The notes: generated by a model not told the origin, from the letters alone. A stretch of DNA of 38,468 bases from Bdellovibrionales bacterium (GCA_043739185.1 JAYUEN010000305.1:1-38468); one strand, 5' to 3'. Positions 8,648 through 17,277 are shown, counted from the first letter of the stretch. Translations and numbers: made by a program.

Positions 8648-9163
8648 TTAGTTTTTGGGTGCCGCAAAGGGTAGGGCACCTAAGAAGTCTTTCTTTCCTA
8701 GGTCGACACCATTATGTCTGAAAATGGCGTAGGCCGTTGTCATATGAAAATAAAAATTTGGGATAACGTGGTGAATGCAAAACTCTTTTCCGGTAAGTGT
8801 TTTGCCTTCCCATCTTGGCGTCGTGATGGTTTTTGTTTCACAGCCAGAAAAATCCTTTTCGTTAACAGACTTTAAAAAAGCAATTGTACTTTCAATACGG
8901 GCTCGAATTTCGGGAAGAGTTTTTTCTTGGTCGTCGTGGGCCGGGGCCTGTTTGCCCGTGAGTCGTGAAACGCCTAGCTTTGCTGTATCGCAGGCAATTT
9001 GCACTTGTTTAATAAAATTAAATTGATCTGGTGCTAAACGAGATTGCAAGAGAACATCCATTTCAAATTTTTTGTGATCAGCGAATTGCGCAGCCTTTTC
9101 TAAAAAAACATTTAAATTGCTAAGCATTTTTGTAAATTGGGGAACTGTAAGTTCGTAAATCAT
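8648..9163 (-). CDS. DUF1993 family protein
   Basis: RLAPDQF..QVQIACD and PNFYFHMTTAYAIFRHNGVDLGKKDFLG motifs. Confidence 0.93.
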   Translation of the reverse strand: MIYELTVPQFTKMLSNLNVFLEKAAQFADHKKFEMDVLLQSRLAPDQFNFIKQVQIACDTAKLGVSRLTGKQAPAHDDQEKTLPEIRARIESTIAFLKSVNEKDFSGCETKTITTPRWEGKTLTGKEFCIHHVIPNFYFHMTTAYAIFRHNGVDLGKKDFLGALPFAAPKN

Positions 9164-9343
9164 TCTGCCTCCTGGTTAAAAGTGGCCTTAATATGCACGA
9201 TTCTCAGTAATGAAACAAGTACTCAAGATCCGGAAATTGTCATCCCTGTAGATTAGTTCGCCAACGGAGCACCCCGCTTCCCAAGCAGAATAGTCTGAAA
9301 ATGCATTAGAGAGCCTATTAAGCACATTCGTCAATTTTGTGTA

Positions 9344-9359
9344 AGGTCTCAGGCTTGCA
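9344..9359 (+). promoter_or_regulatory. Putative sigma-54 (-24/-12) promoter
   Basis: AGG-TCTCAGGCTT-GCA: GG-N10-GC with TTGC, about 50 nt before the likely start of the large secreted protein gene. Confidence 0.45.
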
Positions 9360-9411
9360 GTTCTAATTGTGTGCGAAAAGCTCAGTGTTATTGATGGTGA
9401 ATGAGGACGAA

Positions 9412-11535
9412 TTGCCAACGTTAAAGTTCAGATTTCTTATTTATTTTTTAGTGTTCGGAAGCAGCTTTTTAGTTGAAGTGGCCGCTTTCTCATTTGCCGT
9501 GATCGCCGATGCACCGTCACCAGAATCTTATTTTCAAGCTTTACGAGCGAATTCAAATCCTAGTGATCTGGCGACAATTCAAACTCTTGAAGATGTTGTT
9601 TTAGCTAAAGCTAAAAGTGGTGTTGCCTTGCTGTTTTACGACTTTGCAGATTCGCAGCTTGGATTGAGTCATATGCGAATGATCTTCAATGGCAAAGCCT
9701 ATGAAATGGATAATATTCCCGATTCAAACGGCCACTATATTCGAGAAAAAGATATTGTGGCCTCGCTTATCGAATCTCGTCCTGGAGCTTTGCCCTCGGC
9801 AATTTTGTGGCGAGATTTAGATGAAAAATCAGAGCAGGCATTAAAAGATTCTATTCAAAATATTGACCAAAATGTTTCACACTATTCTCTGTGGAACAAA
9901 CTGCTCAACTCAAAAAACCTCAATTGTGCCGGCTTTGCTCAAGAAGCGCTTTTCAAAGCGGGCATTATTTCGCGACCCTTATCACGACTTGCCATAACGC
10001 CGGCTCGAATTTATCGCCATTTTAAAAACAATCTAGGCGGCGCGGTTGAATTGAAGGCACCTTCTCGAAATATGTGGCAAGCAATGTTATCGACTAACTT
10101 GAGCTTAGAAACGTTTTTTCCGAAGCGAAAAAAACCTATTTTGGCCATAGCCGGCGAGCGCATGCGATTTGTTCTTGCCCAGCAACAACTTTCTGCGGCG
10201 ACTCTTGTCAGAAAAGCCTTCAATCTTTTATTGCGCGGCTTAGACATTGGAGTCAATTTGCCGAAAGAATATGATCCTGCAAGAGGTGAAATGTTTGATC
10301 TGGTCACTTTGCAAATTCCACTTGATGAATTGCCGGTCTATCGAGCTTCGAATGATTTAACCGACGATGCCCGGGCATTTTTGTTCATTGAAAAAGGCGG
10401 ACGTACCTACCTAAGGTTTTTCATTCATCCGGCCGAAGTTGAATCCTATCACGAATTGATTGAGCGTTATCCAAAAGACAGCGAGCGGTGGTTGGGCATC
10501 CCAACAAGTGTTCATGGCGACATCATTGTCGTCAATGCTAAGTACCCAGAGGCGCGCACCGGAATTGAGCTTTCGCTGGTTCACGGCTTCAACGGAATCA
10601 ATCCGCGTATCATTGATTCAGCTCAGGTGAAACAAGCTGTGGTCATTAGCGATTTGCTTGCGGAAATCCGCAAGAGGGCGGGAGAAACCATCGCAGGAAC
10701 TTCAAAAACATGGGAGTTTTTTCCTGAGAGCTTTGCGGCGGCAGCTCCTCTCGGGCATAGTGGCGGCTTTATTTTTCGAGATCTTTCGAGTCTCTCGATC
10801 GACCAATTTATAGTCATTCCGATGGCGACCTTGGTAGCCAAGCGCGAATTTACCGAACCCTGGCTCAATGAAATTTTTCGCTATTCGGGTCACCCAAATA
10901 AAGTCGATTTTATTTGGGAGGAAATGTTAGCGCCGCTGGTGGCTCTCAATGCGGAGATTGAATTTGATGAAGGCATTGCTCTTGATCTCAATCCGAAAAA
11001 TGTAAATCTTAAAATTGATCCGAAAACCCGAAAAATTGTGGGCTTTTTGATCGGCGAAACGTTAGAGTTTCAGATTGATCATTCACTACGGGTGCATCGC
11101 TTAGGGCGCGCGGCCGTACCGGGCTCTTTAGAAGACAATGCTAGAGACCTTTCCTATGGCACCGCTCAAGGGAAAGTCTATTCGTCTTACCGAGACATCC
11201 TAAAAGGCAAAACTATTCGCGAGTTATTTTCAGATAGCCTCGAAAAAGAAGGAGTCGAAGTGCTTTTGGAAATGGCCGATCAGTTGACCTTCAAATTATT
11301 TCACCAAAGATTTCCCGAATATACGCCGACCACAAGTCGGGAACTACAGGCGAGCTTAATTGATCTCAACACGAGAGCAACGTCAGCTGAAGAAAGTGAA
11401 GTTTACTCGGGTCTTAAGGCGCAAGCCCCACGGACGAAGCGCGAAAGTTTTCGTGAATGGTTAGCCATGAGAACAGAACCAATTGGCGCGCGCTTTGATT
11501 CAGGTAAATCCTGCCAGGCTCTCTTTTTTAAGTAA
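9412..11535 (+). CDS. Secreted fusion: permuted papain-like (NlpC/P60-type) domain plus degenerate IucA/IucC-like domain
   Basis: Hydrophobic N-terminus; SHMRMIFNGKAY (His) ... YSL ... NCAGFAQEALFKAG (Cys) ... TPARIY. C-terminal part with RFFIHP, FFPES, GFIFRD, VIPMATL, GIALDLNPKNV. TTG 9412 follows GAGGA (track start 9367). Confidence 0.6.
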   Translation: MPTLKFRFLIYFLVFGSSFLVEVAAFSFAVIADAPSPESYFQALRANSNPSDLATIQTLEDVVLAKAKSGVALLFYDFADSQLGLSHMRMIFNGKAYEMDNIPDSNGHYIREKDIVASLIESRPGALPSAILWRDLDEKSEQALKDSIQNIDQNVSHYSLWNKLLNSKNLNCAGFAQEALFKAGIISRPLSRLAITPARIYRHFKNNLGGAVELKAPSRNMWQAMLSTNLSLETFFPKRKKPILAIAGERMRFVLAQQQLSAATLVRKAFNLLLRGLDIGVNLPKEYDPARGEMFDLVTLQIPLDELPVYRASNDLTDDARAFLFIEKGGRTYLRFFIHPAEVESYHELIERYPKDSERWLGIPTSVHGDIIVVNAKYPEARTGIELSLVHGFNGINPRIIDSAQVKQAVVISDLLAEIRKRAGETIAGTSKTWEFFPESFAAAAPLGHSGGFIFRDLSSLSIDQFIVIPMATLVAKREFTEPWLNEIFRYSGHPNKVDFIWEEMLAPLVALNAEIEFDEGIALDLNPKNVNLKIDPKTRKIVGFLIGETLEFQIDHSLRVHRLGRAAVPGSLEDNARDLSYGTAQGKVYSSYRDILKGKTIRELFSDSLEKEGVEVLLEMADQLTFKLFHQRFPEYTPTTSRELQASLIDLNTRATSAEESEVYSGLKAQAPRTKRESFREWLAMRTEPIGARFDSGKSCQALFFK

Positions 11536-11543
11536 AATGAATG

Positions 11544-11652
11544 AAGGGTCCGGCAAACCGCACTCAGGTAACGGCAACAGCTCCTGAAGCCCGAAACTGA
11601 TAAACGGCTTACAGCTGCGGCTGCCATTAAAAACGAAAACTGAAAAACTGCC
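11544..11652 (+). repeat. Dispersed intergenic repeat motif A, copy 2
   Basis: Core 11591-11632 CCGAAACTGATAAACGGCTTACAGCTGCGGCTGCCATTAAAA. Shares the AAGGGTC start, CTGAAG and the AAAACTGCC tail with copy 1. Confidence 0.8.
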
Positions 11653-11729
11653 AATTTAGGGCTCTTACTTTGTAAGTATTAGCGTATAGAGGCCAAGAGC
11701 TGAATGATAGTGAGGAGTCGTGTATAGTG

Positions 11730-11756
11730 CTTGTTTGGGATTAACGTCCAAACAAG
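11730..11756. promoter_or_regulatory. Perfect 9-bp inverted repeat (operator or 5' hairpin) before the protease gene
   Basis: CTTGTTTGG-N9-CCAAACAAG, immediately after a TATAGT -10-like hexamer and 9 nt before ATG 11766. Confidence 0.5.
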
Positions 11757-11765
11757 AAGAGCTCA

Positions 11766-12632
11766 ATGCGATTAGGCTTAATTCAAATTTTTTGTACACT
11801 TTTAATTTCAATTTTGAATATTCAAGTTTTTGCGGCTGAGGGCTTCAAGGGCTATAGTGAGCAAATGCCCGATGCGGTGAAAAACGCATGGCCAGCTAGC
11901 TTTATGACTTTGATTGAAGAGCCTAAAACCTATATTCACGGCACGGCATTTTTAATTCACGTCACCAATAGCGGTATGAATAGCCAGCTCTATTTTTTGA
12001 CTAGTAAACATTTGCTACATGGGCATTGCAATCGAATTGGATTTTGCCCTGAGCTACAACTATTTGGTGAAGCGCAACTCGAAGTCATTGCGAGTGCCGA
12101 GCGCTTAGTTTACGGACGTAACCGACTCGCGAATGTCGAAGTTTTAAAACTAAGCTCAAAGCCCGATCTCGCACTTTTAAGAGTGGTAGTGAAGTCTCAG
12201 GGAATGCCGCTGCCTAAAGCGCTTTTTATTTCACCAAAATGTAGTTTAAGTATTGGGGACCAACTCTATGCAGTTGGTTTTCCAAATATGACTTTGCGAA
12301 GAGCCCCGCAAACTCAAATATTGGAGCTAAAAAACACCATTATTAAAAGATGGAGCTCGGGCATTTTTGTCGGCACTGTTGATACTCGCGAAGGCAAAAA
12401 TTTACTTTTAGGGACGACGGTTGATTCATTAGTTGGGAATTCTGGTGGTCCATATCTCAACGAGCAGGGAGAAGTCGTGGGACTTGCGCAACTAAGCGCC
12501 AGCGTGAGCGAAAATAATTATCAATATACTGGAATCGAAATTCTGGGTCAGTTGGATTGGCAATCAGAAGCCATCACCTGCTTAGATTTGCATGAGTTTT
12601 TAGACTCAGAAATCAATCGAGCGAGACCATAA
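11766..12632 (+). CDS. Secreted trypsin-like (S1) serine protease
   Basis: Signal peptide; triad motifs FLTSKHLL (His), PDLALL (Asp), GNSGGP (Ser). Confidence 0.92.
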   Translation: MRLGLIQIFCTLLISILNIQVFAAEGFKGYSEQMPDAVKNAWPASFMTLIEEPKTYIHGTAFLIHVTNSGMNSQLYFLTSKHLLHGHCNRIGFCPELQLFGEAQLEVIASAERLVYGRNRLANVEVLKLSSKPDLALLRVVVKSQGMPLPKALFISPKCSLSIGDQLYAVGFPNMTLRRAPQTQILELKNTIIKRWSSGIFVGTVDTREGKNLLLGTTVDSLVGNSGGPYLNEQGEVVGLAQLSASVSENNYQYTGIEILGQLDWQSEAITCLDLHEFLDSEINRARP

Positions 12633-12735
12633 TAAAAAAGAATGACTTCAGTGTTCGGCAGCCGGCATTCAGCATTCAGTCAACGGAAGCAGATCCACAA
12701 TCAGAGTTAGCTTGTCGCCCTATGCCAACGTTGAC

Positions 12736-12751
12736 TTGGGGGAAAACGAAC
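12736..12751 (+). repeat. Dispersed repeat motif B, copy 1
   Basis: TTGGGGGAAAACGAAC, identical (16 nt) to 31852-31867. Confidence 0.8.
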
Positions 12752-12776
12752 GCCCACTGAGCCCAGCTGAGTGAGA

Positions 12777-12825
12777 CGGAAACATCCAAACGGCAAACCG
12801 CTGCTGCTGCCGTTAAAAGTGATTT
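12777..12825 (+). repeat. Dispersed intergenic repeat motif A, copy 3
   Basis: CGGAAACATCCAAACGGCAAACCGCTGCTGCTGCCGTTAAAAGTGATTT. Contains an AACGGCA..TGCCGTT 7-bp hairpin. The last 21 nt match copy 4 with one mismatch. Confidence 0.85.
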
Positions 12826-12916
12826 AAAACCAAGCCATTTTTCGCTAAGCGAAACTAGAATTGCGCCCAAAAACTCCCTCCTAAAAGCCTATATTAAAGA
12901 TAGGCCCAAAATACAG

Positions 12917-12932
12917 TGGCCTAGGTCTTGCT
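12917..12932 (+). promoter_or_regulatory. Putative sigma-54 (-24/-12) promoter
   Basis: TGGCCT-AGGTC-TTGCT, close to the TGGCAC-N5-TTGCW consensus, upstream of the lipoprotein at 13087. Confidence 0.55.
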
Positions 12933-13086
12933 ATATTTGAACGCGAATGGTTTTTCATAATTGTTAAGCTGTTTTGCTGAACGTCATCTGAACTTTTGAG
13001 GGTCTAGCGAGCGAAGTTATCCCCCCACCCGAATTCAGAAATGAATTTTTCTTTGCTCGTTTCTCCCTCAGAGGTTATATTTCCTC

Positions 13087-13719
13087 ATGCAAAAAATCTC
13101 ACTTTTACTATTGGCTTTTCTTGTTGGTTGCTCTTCGGTTGAAAAGAAATTCACTTCCGAACTTGAAACTGGCCATTGTGAAATGGCTCTTGAGAAAATT
13201 CCTGAAAATGAGACTGGTGCCAAACTCCTTTCTAAAACTCAAAACGCCGGCGGCATTGCCCTTTCATATGCACTGACTGGTGCCGCTTATACCGGAGAAG
13301 TTTTGCTAGATGTGGTCGGCGGAACAATTATGTTTGTCGCCCTTTGCGGCCCGCCTATCGCATTGGGCGTGATTGCAAGCACAAATTCAAATGGTGGATC
13401 AAGCGGTGGATACGGTGGCAATATTGGAGTCTGCTTACCCGGAAATATTGAAGCGCTCCTGGCTCCTGAATTTGGAAAGCAAACCTACAATGCCTCAAAA
13501 GATTTACGTTGTCCTAATTTGGTGGGGATCAGTCAGTCGCTACGTAGAGTTGCCGCATGTTTCTCGCGCCGACACAAGAATCAGGACTTAGAAAAAGCCA
13601 ATCAAACGCTTTTGTCGCTTCAGCAGTCACCCCGCTTTTATGAGTGCTTGCCAGAAGACGAAAAGAAAAATATTGCAGACGAGATGAATTCTTATCAGCA
13701 AGAAAAAGCGACGCTGTAA
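13087..13719 (+). CDS. Hypothetical Cys-rich lipoprotein
   Basis: Lipobox LVGC, GAGG RBS, internal hydrophobic Gly-rich segment, several Cys. Confidence 0.8.
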   Translation: MQKISLLLLAFLVGCSSVEKKFTSELETGHCEMALEKIPENETGAKLLSKTQNAGGIALSYALTGAAYTGEVLLDVVGGTIMFVALCGPPIALGVIASTNSNGGSSGGYGGNIGVCLPGNIEALLAPEFGKQTYNASKDLRCPNLVGISQSLRRVAACFSRRHKNQDLEKANQTLLSLQQSPRFYECLPEDEKKNIADEMNSYQQEKATL

Positions 13720-13727
13720 AAAAGCGG

Positions 13728-14615
13728 CTAAGTTTTTTCAGTTACCGGGAACAATTGAATATTGAGTTGATAGACACGATCGCCCTTTGAGGTCTGTCTC
13801 TTAACGGTCACATCTTTATGAATGCGCTTACGAAGCTGACGCAATTCAAAGCGCGTTTGCTCAAACTCTTCTTGGGTAAGTGCAACAGTGAGTGCGCCGA
13901 ATTCACGATCTTTTGGAGAATCCCGAAACAAGGATTCAATTCCGAGATAAATAAGTTCAGTTTGAAGTCTACGAATAAGCGCCACCGGCAAATCTTGTGG
14001 CGTATCGATCAATTCTCGCGGACGTTTCAGCTCACCGGTGTTTTCGTCAGTTACGATTTCTCCAGAAGCGATTAACTTTTGAAGAGAATCACGGACTTCT
14101 TGAACGCTTGCCTTTGCTCGAAACAACTTTTGAAGTTGTTCAGGCTCAACACCGGTATTTTTTTGGTCCATCATGGCATAAAGAACCCAGCCTATCCAAC
14201 CCGGGACCTTCTCCCACTTTTGTTTGTCGGCATCACTGGCATTTTCTTGATCGGCGCGAATTTCAGCTAAATCTTTTAAATATTTATTTCTTTCGACCGG
14301 CTCGTCGGCCTGTCCATAAAGTACCAGAGCTTTGAATTCTTCGATCTGTTGTTTTTCAAGTCTTAAGGCGCGAGCAAATCTTGAAATCATATCATCAGAA
14401 AGGTTTCGCTTGCCCTCAATAATCAACTTCAAATAATTGGGCGATTTAATGTCGGCAGCCGCCGAAAAGTGAGAATAAGAATAAGCCCGCAGGCCGGTGC
14501 TTTCAGTCACTTTTCGAAACTCGTACATATCTTTCAAATATTTTCGATAATCCGTATAGTCGTGGATATGTGGTGAATTAGTTTGGATCTGAGCTTCGGT
14601 CGTAGGTGTCGCCAT
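13728..14615 (-). CDS. TIGR02147 (DUF4423) family protein
   Basis: YTDYRKYLKDMYE, FSAAADIKSPNYLKLIIEGKRNLS and C-terminal VYQLNIQLFP motifs. Alternative start TTG 14666. Confidence 0.92.
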   Translation of the reverse strand: MATPTTEAQIQTNSPHIHDYTDYRKYLKDMYEFRKVTESTGLRAYSYSHFSAAADIKSPNYLKLIIEGKRNLSDDMISRFARALRLEKQQIEEFKALVLYGQADEPVERNKYLKDLAEIRADQENASDADKQKWEKVPGWIGWVLYAMMDQKNTGVEPEQLQKLFRAKASVQEVRDSLQKLIASGEIVTDENTGELKRPRELIDTPQDLPVALIRRLQTELIYLGIESLFRDSPKDREFGALTVALTQEEFEQTRFELRQLRKRIHKDVTVKRQTSKGDRVYQLNIQLFPVTEKT

Positions 14616-14679
14616 AATCGATTTGAACTCCGGGATCAGCCTTTCACCGAGTTTTCGAAAAAGCAAATGATTTTGTTAT

Positions 14680-15513
14680 TCATCCCAAGTCTTGCGAGAC
14701 GTTACTCCAAAGTTCTGACTGTTTGGCTAAAAAATCAGCTTCAAACTGATTGTCCTTTAGCCATTTTCGAAGGATTCGATAATTGGGAATTTGACTAGCG
14801 ACCAAAAGCCAAAAATTCTTCGAATGATCGTGGTGTTTCAAATGGGCAAGTTCATGAACAATGACATACTCAATCACTTCTCTTGGAGCGACAATCAGTC
14901 GCCAATTAAAACTCAAATGACCATTGGCGGAACAACTTCCCCAGCGAGTTTTTTGAGAGCGAAAAGATAAATCTCGCGGGAAAAGTTGCATTTTCTTCGC
15001 AAATTCTGAAGTTTTTATTTCGATGAAATTTCGTCCTTGATGCCTATAAAAATTTCTGATGGGCTGAGCCAACTCCGGATGGGAGTCCGCGGCACGAAAA
15101 CTTCTGTTTTTTAAACCAGGAACTCCAATAACAAGAGTTTCATCACGTAAAAAAATTTGGCCCGCAGCACCTCCAGCATCTTCAAAGTGCAGGTGAAAAT
15201 GGCTTCCGAAAAACAAAAAACTTTCGCCTTGTGAATACTTTTTAGGTGGATACTTCAGGCGCAAAGTCGAATTTTTTTTTAAACGACTCGCAATCCAAGA
15301 TTCATGTGACTTTATAAATTTTAAAACCTCAGCTTTTGAAGTCGATTTCGCCGCACGCACTCGCAAAATATCTGACATCGTAACATTTAGAGATAAACGG
15401 CGGCAAAAAGCGATGCGCTCGAGGCGAACAAATTTATTCTCAAAGCAAAAGCTCTCTTCTGCTGGTGCCTTCGAGATTGTTTTTGCCTGCTCTGATTTAA
15501 ATAGGTTAAACAT
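14680..15513 (-). CDS. YgjP/DUF45 (SprT-like) zinc metallopeptidase-family protein
   Basis: QKTRWGSCS, FNWRL, YVIVHELAHLKHHDHSKNFW. Confidence 0.92.
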   Translation of the reverse strand: MFNLFKSEQAKTISKAPAEESFCFENKFVRLERIAFCRRLSLNVTMSDILRVRAAKSTSKAEVLKFIKSHESWIASRLKKNSTLRLKYPPKKYSQGESFLFFGSHFHLHFEDAGGAAGQIFLRDETLVIGVPGLKNRSFRAADSHPELAQPIRNFYRHQGRNFIEIKTSEFAKKMQLFPRDLSFRSQKTRWGSCSANGHLSFNWRLIVAPREVIEYVIVHELAHLKHHDHSKNFWLLVASQIPNYRILRKWLKDNQFEADFLAKQSELWSNVSQDLG

Positions 15514-15550
15514 ATACCTGAATATAGATTGAAAAACTGAGAAGTGCCAA

Positions 15551-16501
15551 ATGAAGAATGAAAATGACTTTGATGCCTTAACTCCTGAGGTGATTCTAGA
15601 GTGCGTTGAGGCGGCTGGCTATAGGCCAACTGGCGAGTATTCTCAGCTCAATTCCTATGAAAATCGAGTCTTTGATATTTTCACAGAAACTCAGGGGCGA
15701 GTAATTGCTAAATTCTATCGTCCGGGACGCTGGAGTGATCAAGCCATAATAGATGAACACCAATTCCTAGAGGAATTAAAGCTTGAAGGAATTTCTGTGG
15801 TTGCGGCACTTACACTAAAAAACCAAAAAAGCTTGGTGCACTCAGGAAAGTACCGAACGGCTCTTTTCCCAAGAGTTTTGGGAAGAAATCCACAAGAGTT
15901 TCTGCCCGGCGAACTGAAACAAGTTGGCCGTCTCTTGGCGCGAATTCACAATGTTGGATCACGCAAGAAGGCCAAGCATCGCCTGAGTTTAGACGCCGAG
16001 AGCTTTGGCTGGGCGGTCTTGCCCCGGCTTGAAAATTTCGTTTACCCCGAACTTTGGCGGGCCTATCAAGAAGTCAGTGAGCGCATTCTCGAATATCTAG
16101 AAGACGAACTTGAACCCCAGAATTATATTCGAATTCATGGCGACTGTCATAAAGGCAATTTATTGCATTCAGGCGAAGAGTTTTTTTTCGTCGATTTCGA
16201 TGATTTTGTAAATGGTCCCGAAGTTCAAGATTTTTGGATGCTTTTGAGCGGGATTTCTTCGGATATTTACGCCAGCCGTGAATACGATGAAATGTGTGCG
16301 GGTTACGAAGAGCTTCGAACTTTGCCGGATGATTGGTATTTGATTGAGGCTTTGCGAGGACTGCGTATTATTTCGTATGCGGCATGGATTGCGCATCGCT
16401 GGCAGGACCCATTCTTCAAAAGAATTTTTCCTAGTTTTACGACCTATAACTATTGGGCAGATGAGATTCATCAGCTAGAAAGAATTGCAAACACACTATG
16501 A
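15551..16501 (+). CDS. srkA: Stress response Ser/Thr kinase SrkA (RdoA/YihE)
   Basis: LNSYENRVF, AKFYRPGRW, RIHGDCHKGNLL, VDFDD, QDFWMLL, WQDPFF motifs. Confidence 0.9.
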   Translation: MKNENDFDALTPEVILECVEAAGYRPTGEYSQLNSYENRVFDIFTETQGRVIAKFYRPGRWSDQAIIDEHQFLEELKLEGISVVAALTLKNQKSLVHSGKYRTALFPRVLGRNPQEFLPGELKQVGRLLARIHNVGSRKKAKHRLSLDAESFGWAVLPRLENFVYPELWRAYQEVSERILEYLEDELEPQNYIRIHGDCHKGNLLHSGEEFFFVDFDDFVNGPEVQDFWMLLSGISSDIYASREYDEMCAGYEELRTLPDDWYLIEALRGLRIISYAAWIAHRWQDPFFKRIFPSFTTYNYWADEIHQLERIANTL

Positions 16502-17277
16502 AAATTGGCGTCTTCGACTCTGGCATAGGTGGCGTAACGGTTTTAAAAGAATTGACCTCGCGTTTTCCGAATGAGGATTTTTTTTATTTTGGCGACAACG
16601 CGAATCTGCCTTATGGAACTAAAAGCCCAGAGCAAATTAAAAATTTAGCAGTATCGGCCGCGAGCTATATCAGCGGTCAAAATGTCGACGCCTTAGTTGT
16701 GGCCTGTAATACAGCATCATGTATCGCCATAGATGAAATTCGCAAAGTCATGGGTGAGAAAATGCCCGTATTCAGCGTCGTTGACGCCGGAATTGAAAGT
16801 GTCGTGACTCATTTTAAAAAGCTGCAGTCTGCACAAGCGCCAATCCTTATTTTAGGAACCAGAGCGACGGTTCGCAGCCATACTTATTTGAATTTGATTC
16901 GGAGTAGACTAGGGGTGGAGGTTCAAATCATTGAGCAAGAATGTCCTCTCTTGGTGCCGATGATTGAAGAATCCTGGATAAAGCATCGAATTTTAGAAGA
17001 AACCACCAAAGAGTATCTCAAGCCCTATTTTCAACTTCCGGGGGGCGTCGCCTTGCTGGCTTGTACGCATTATCCTTGGATCAAAGAAATTTTTGAAAAA
17101 CTACTGCCTGGCTGGTTGGTATTTGATTCGGCCGTCGCAATGGGTGAAATGCTCAGCAAACACTTTTCGCAGGTTTCAAAAATACCAAACGGGACAAACC
17201 CCGAGGTACATTGGCAATTTAGCGATCCTGAGTCTGTACCTGCCTTTGTTTTATTAGATTCCAAACCTATGAAATGA
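16498..17277 (+). CDS. murI: Glutamate racemase
   Basis: IGVFDSGIGG, PYGTKS, VVACNTAS, LACTHYP; ATGA overlap with srkA. Confidence 0.96.
   Translation: MKIGVFDSGIGGVTVLKELTSRFPNEDFFYFGDNANLPYGTKSPEQIKNLAVSAASYISGQNVDALVVACNTASCIAIDEIRKVMGEKMPVFSVVDAGIESVVTHFKKLQSAQAPILILGTRATVRSHTYLNLIRSRLGVEVQIIEQECPLLVPMIEESWIKHRILEETTKEYLKPYFQLPGGVALLACTHYPWIKEIFEKLLPGWLVFDSAVAMGEMLSKHFSQVSKIPNGTNPEVHWQFSDPESVPAFVLLDSKPMK

Noticed and set aside
12736..12818. CRISPR array suggested by GTTTTCCCC-containing repeats
   Set aside because: Copies are kilobases apart with no regular spacers and no cas genes.
12789..12818. Motif A as an ordinary rho-independent terminator
   Set aside because: The hairpin differs among copies, copy 4 lacks one arm, and the stem is followed by TTAAAA rather than a U-tract.
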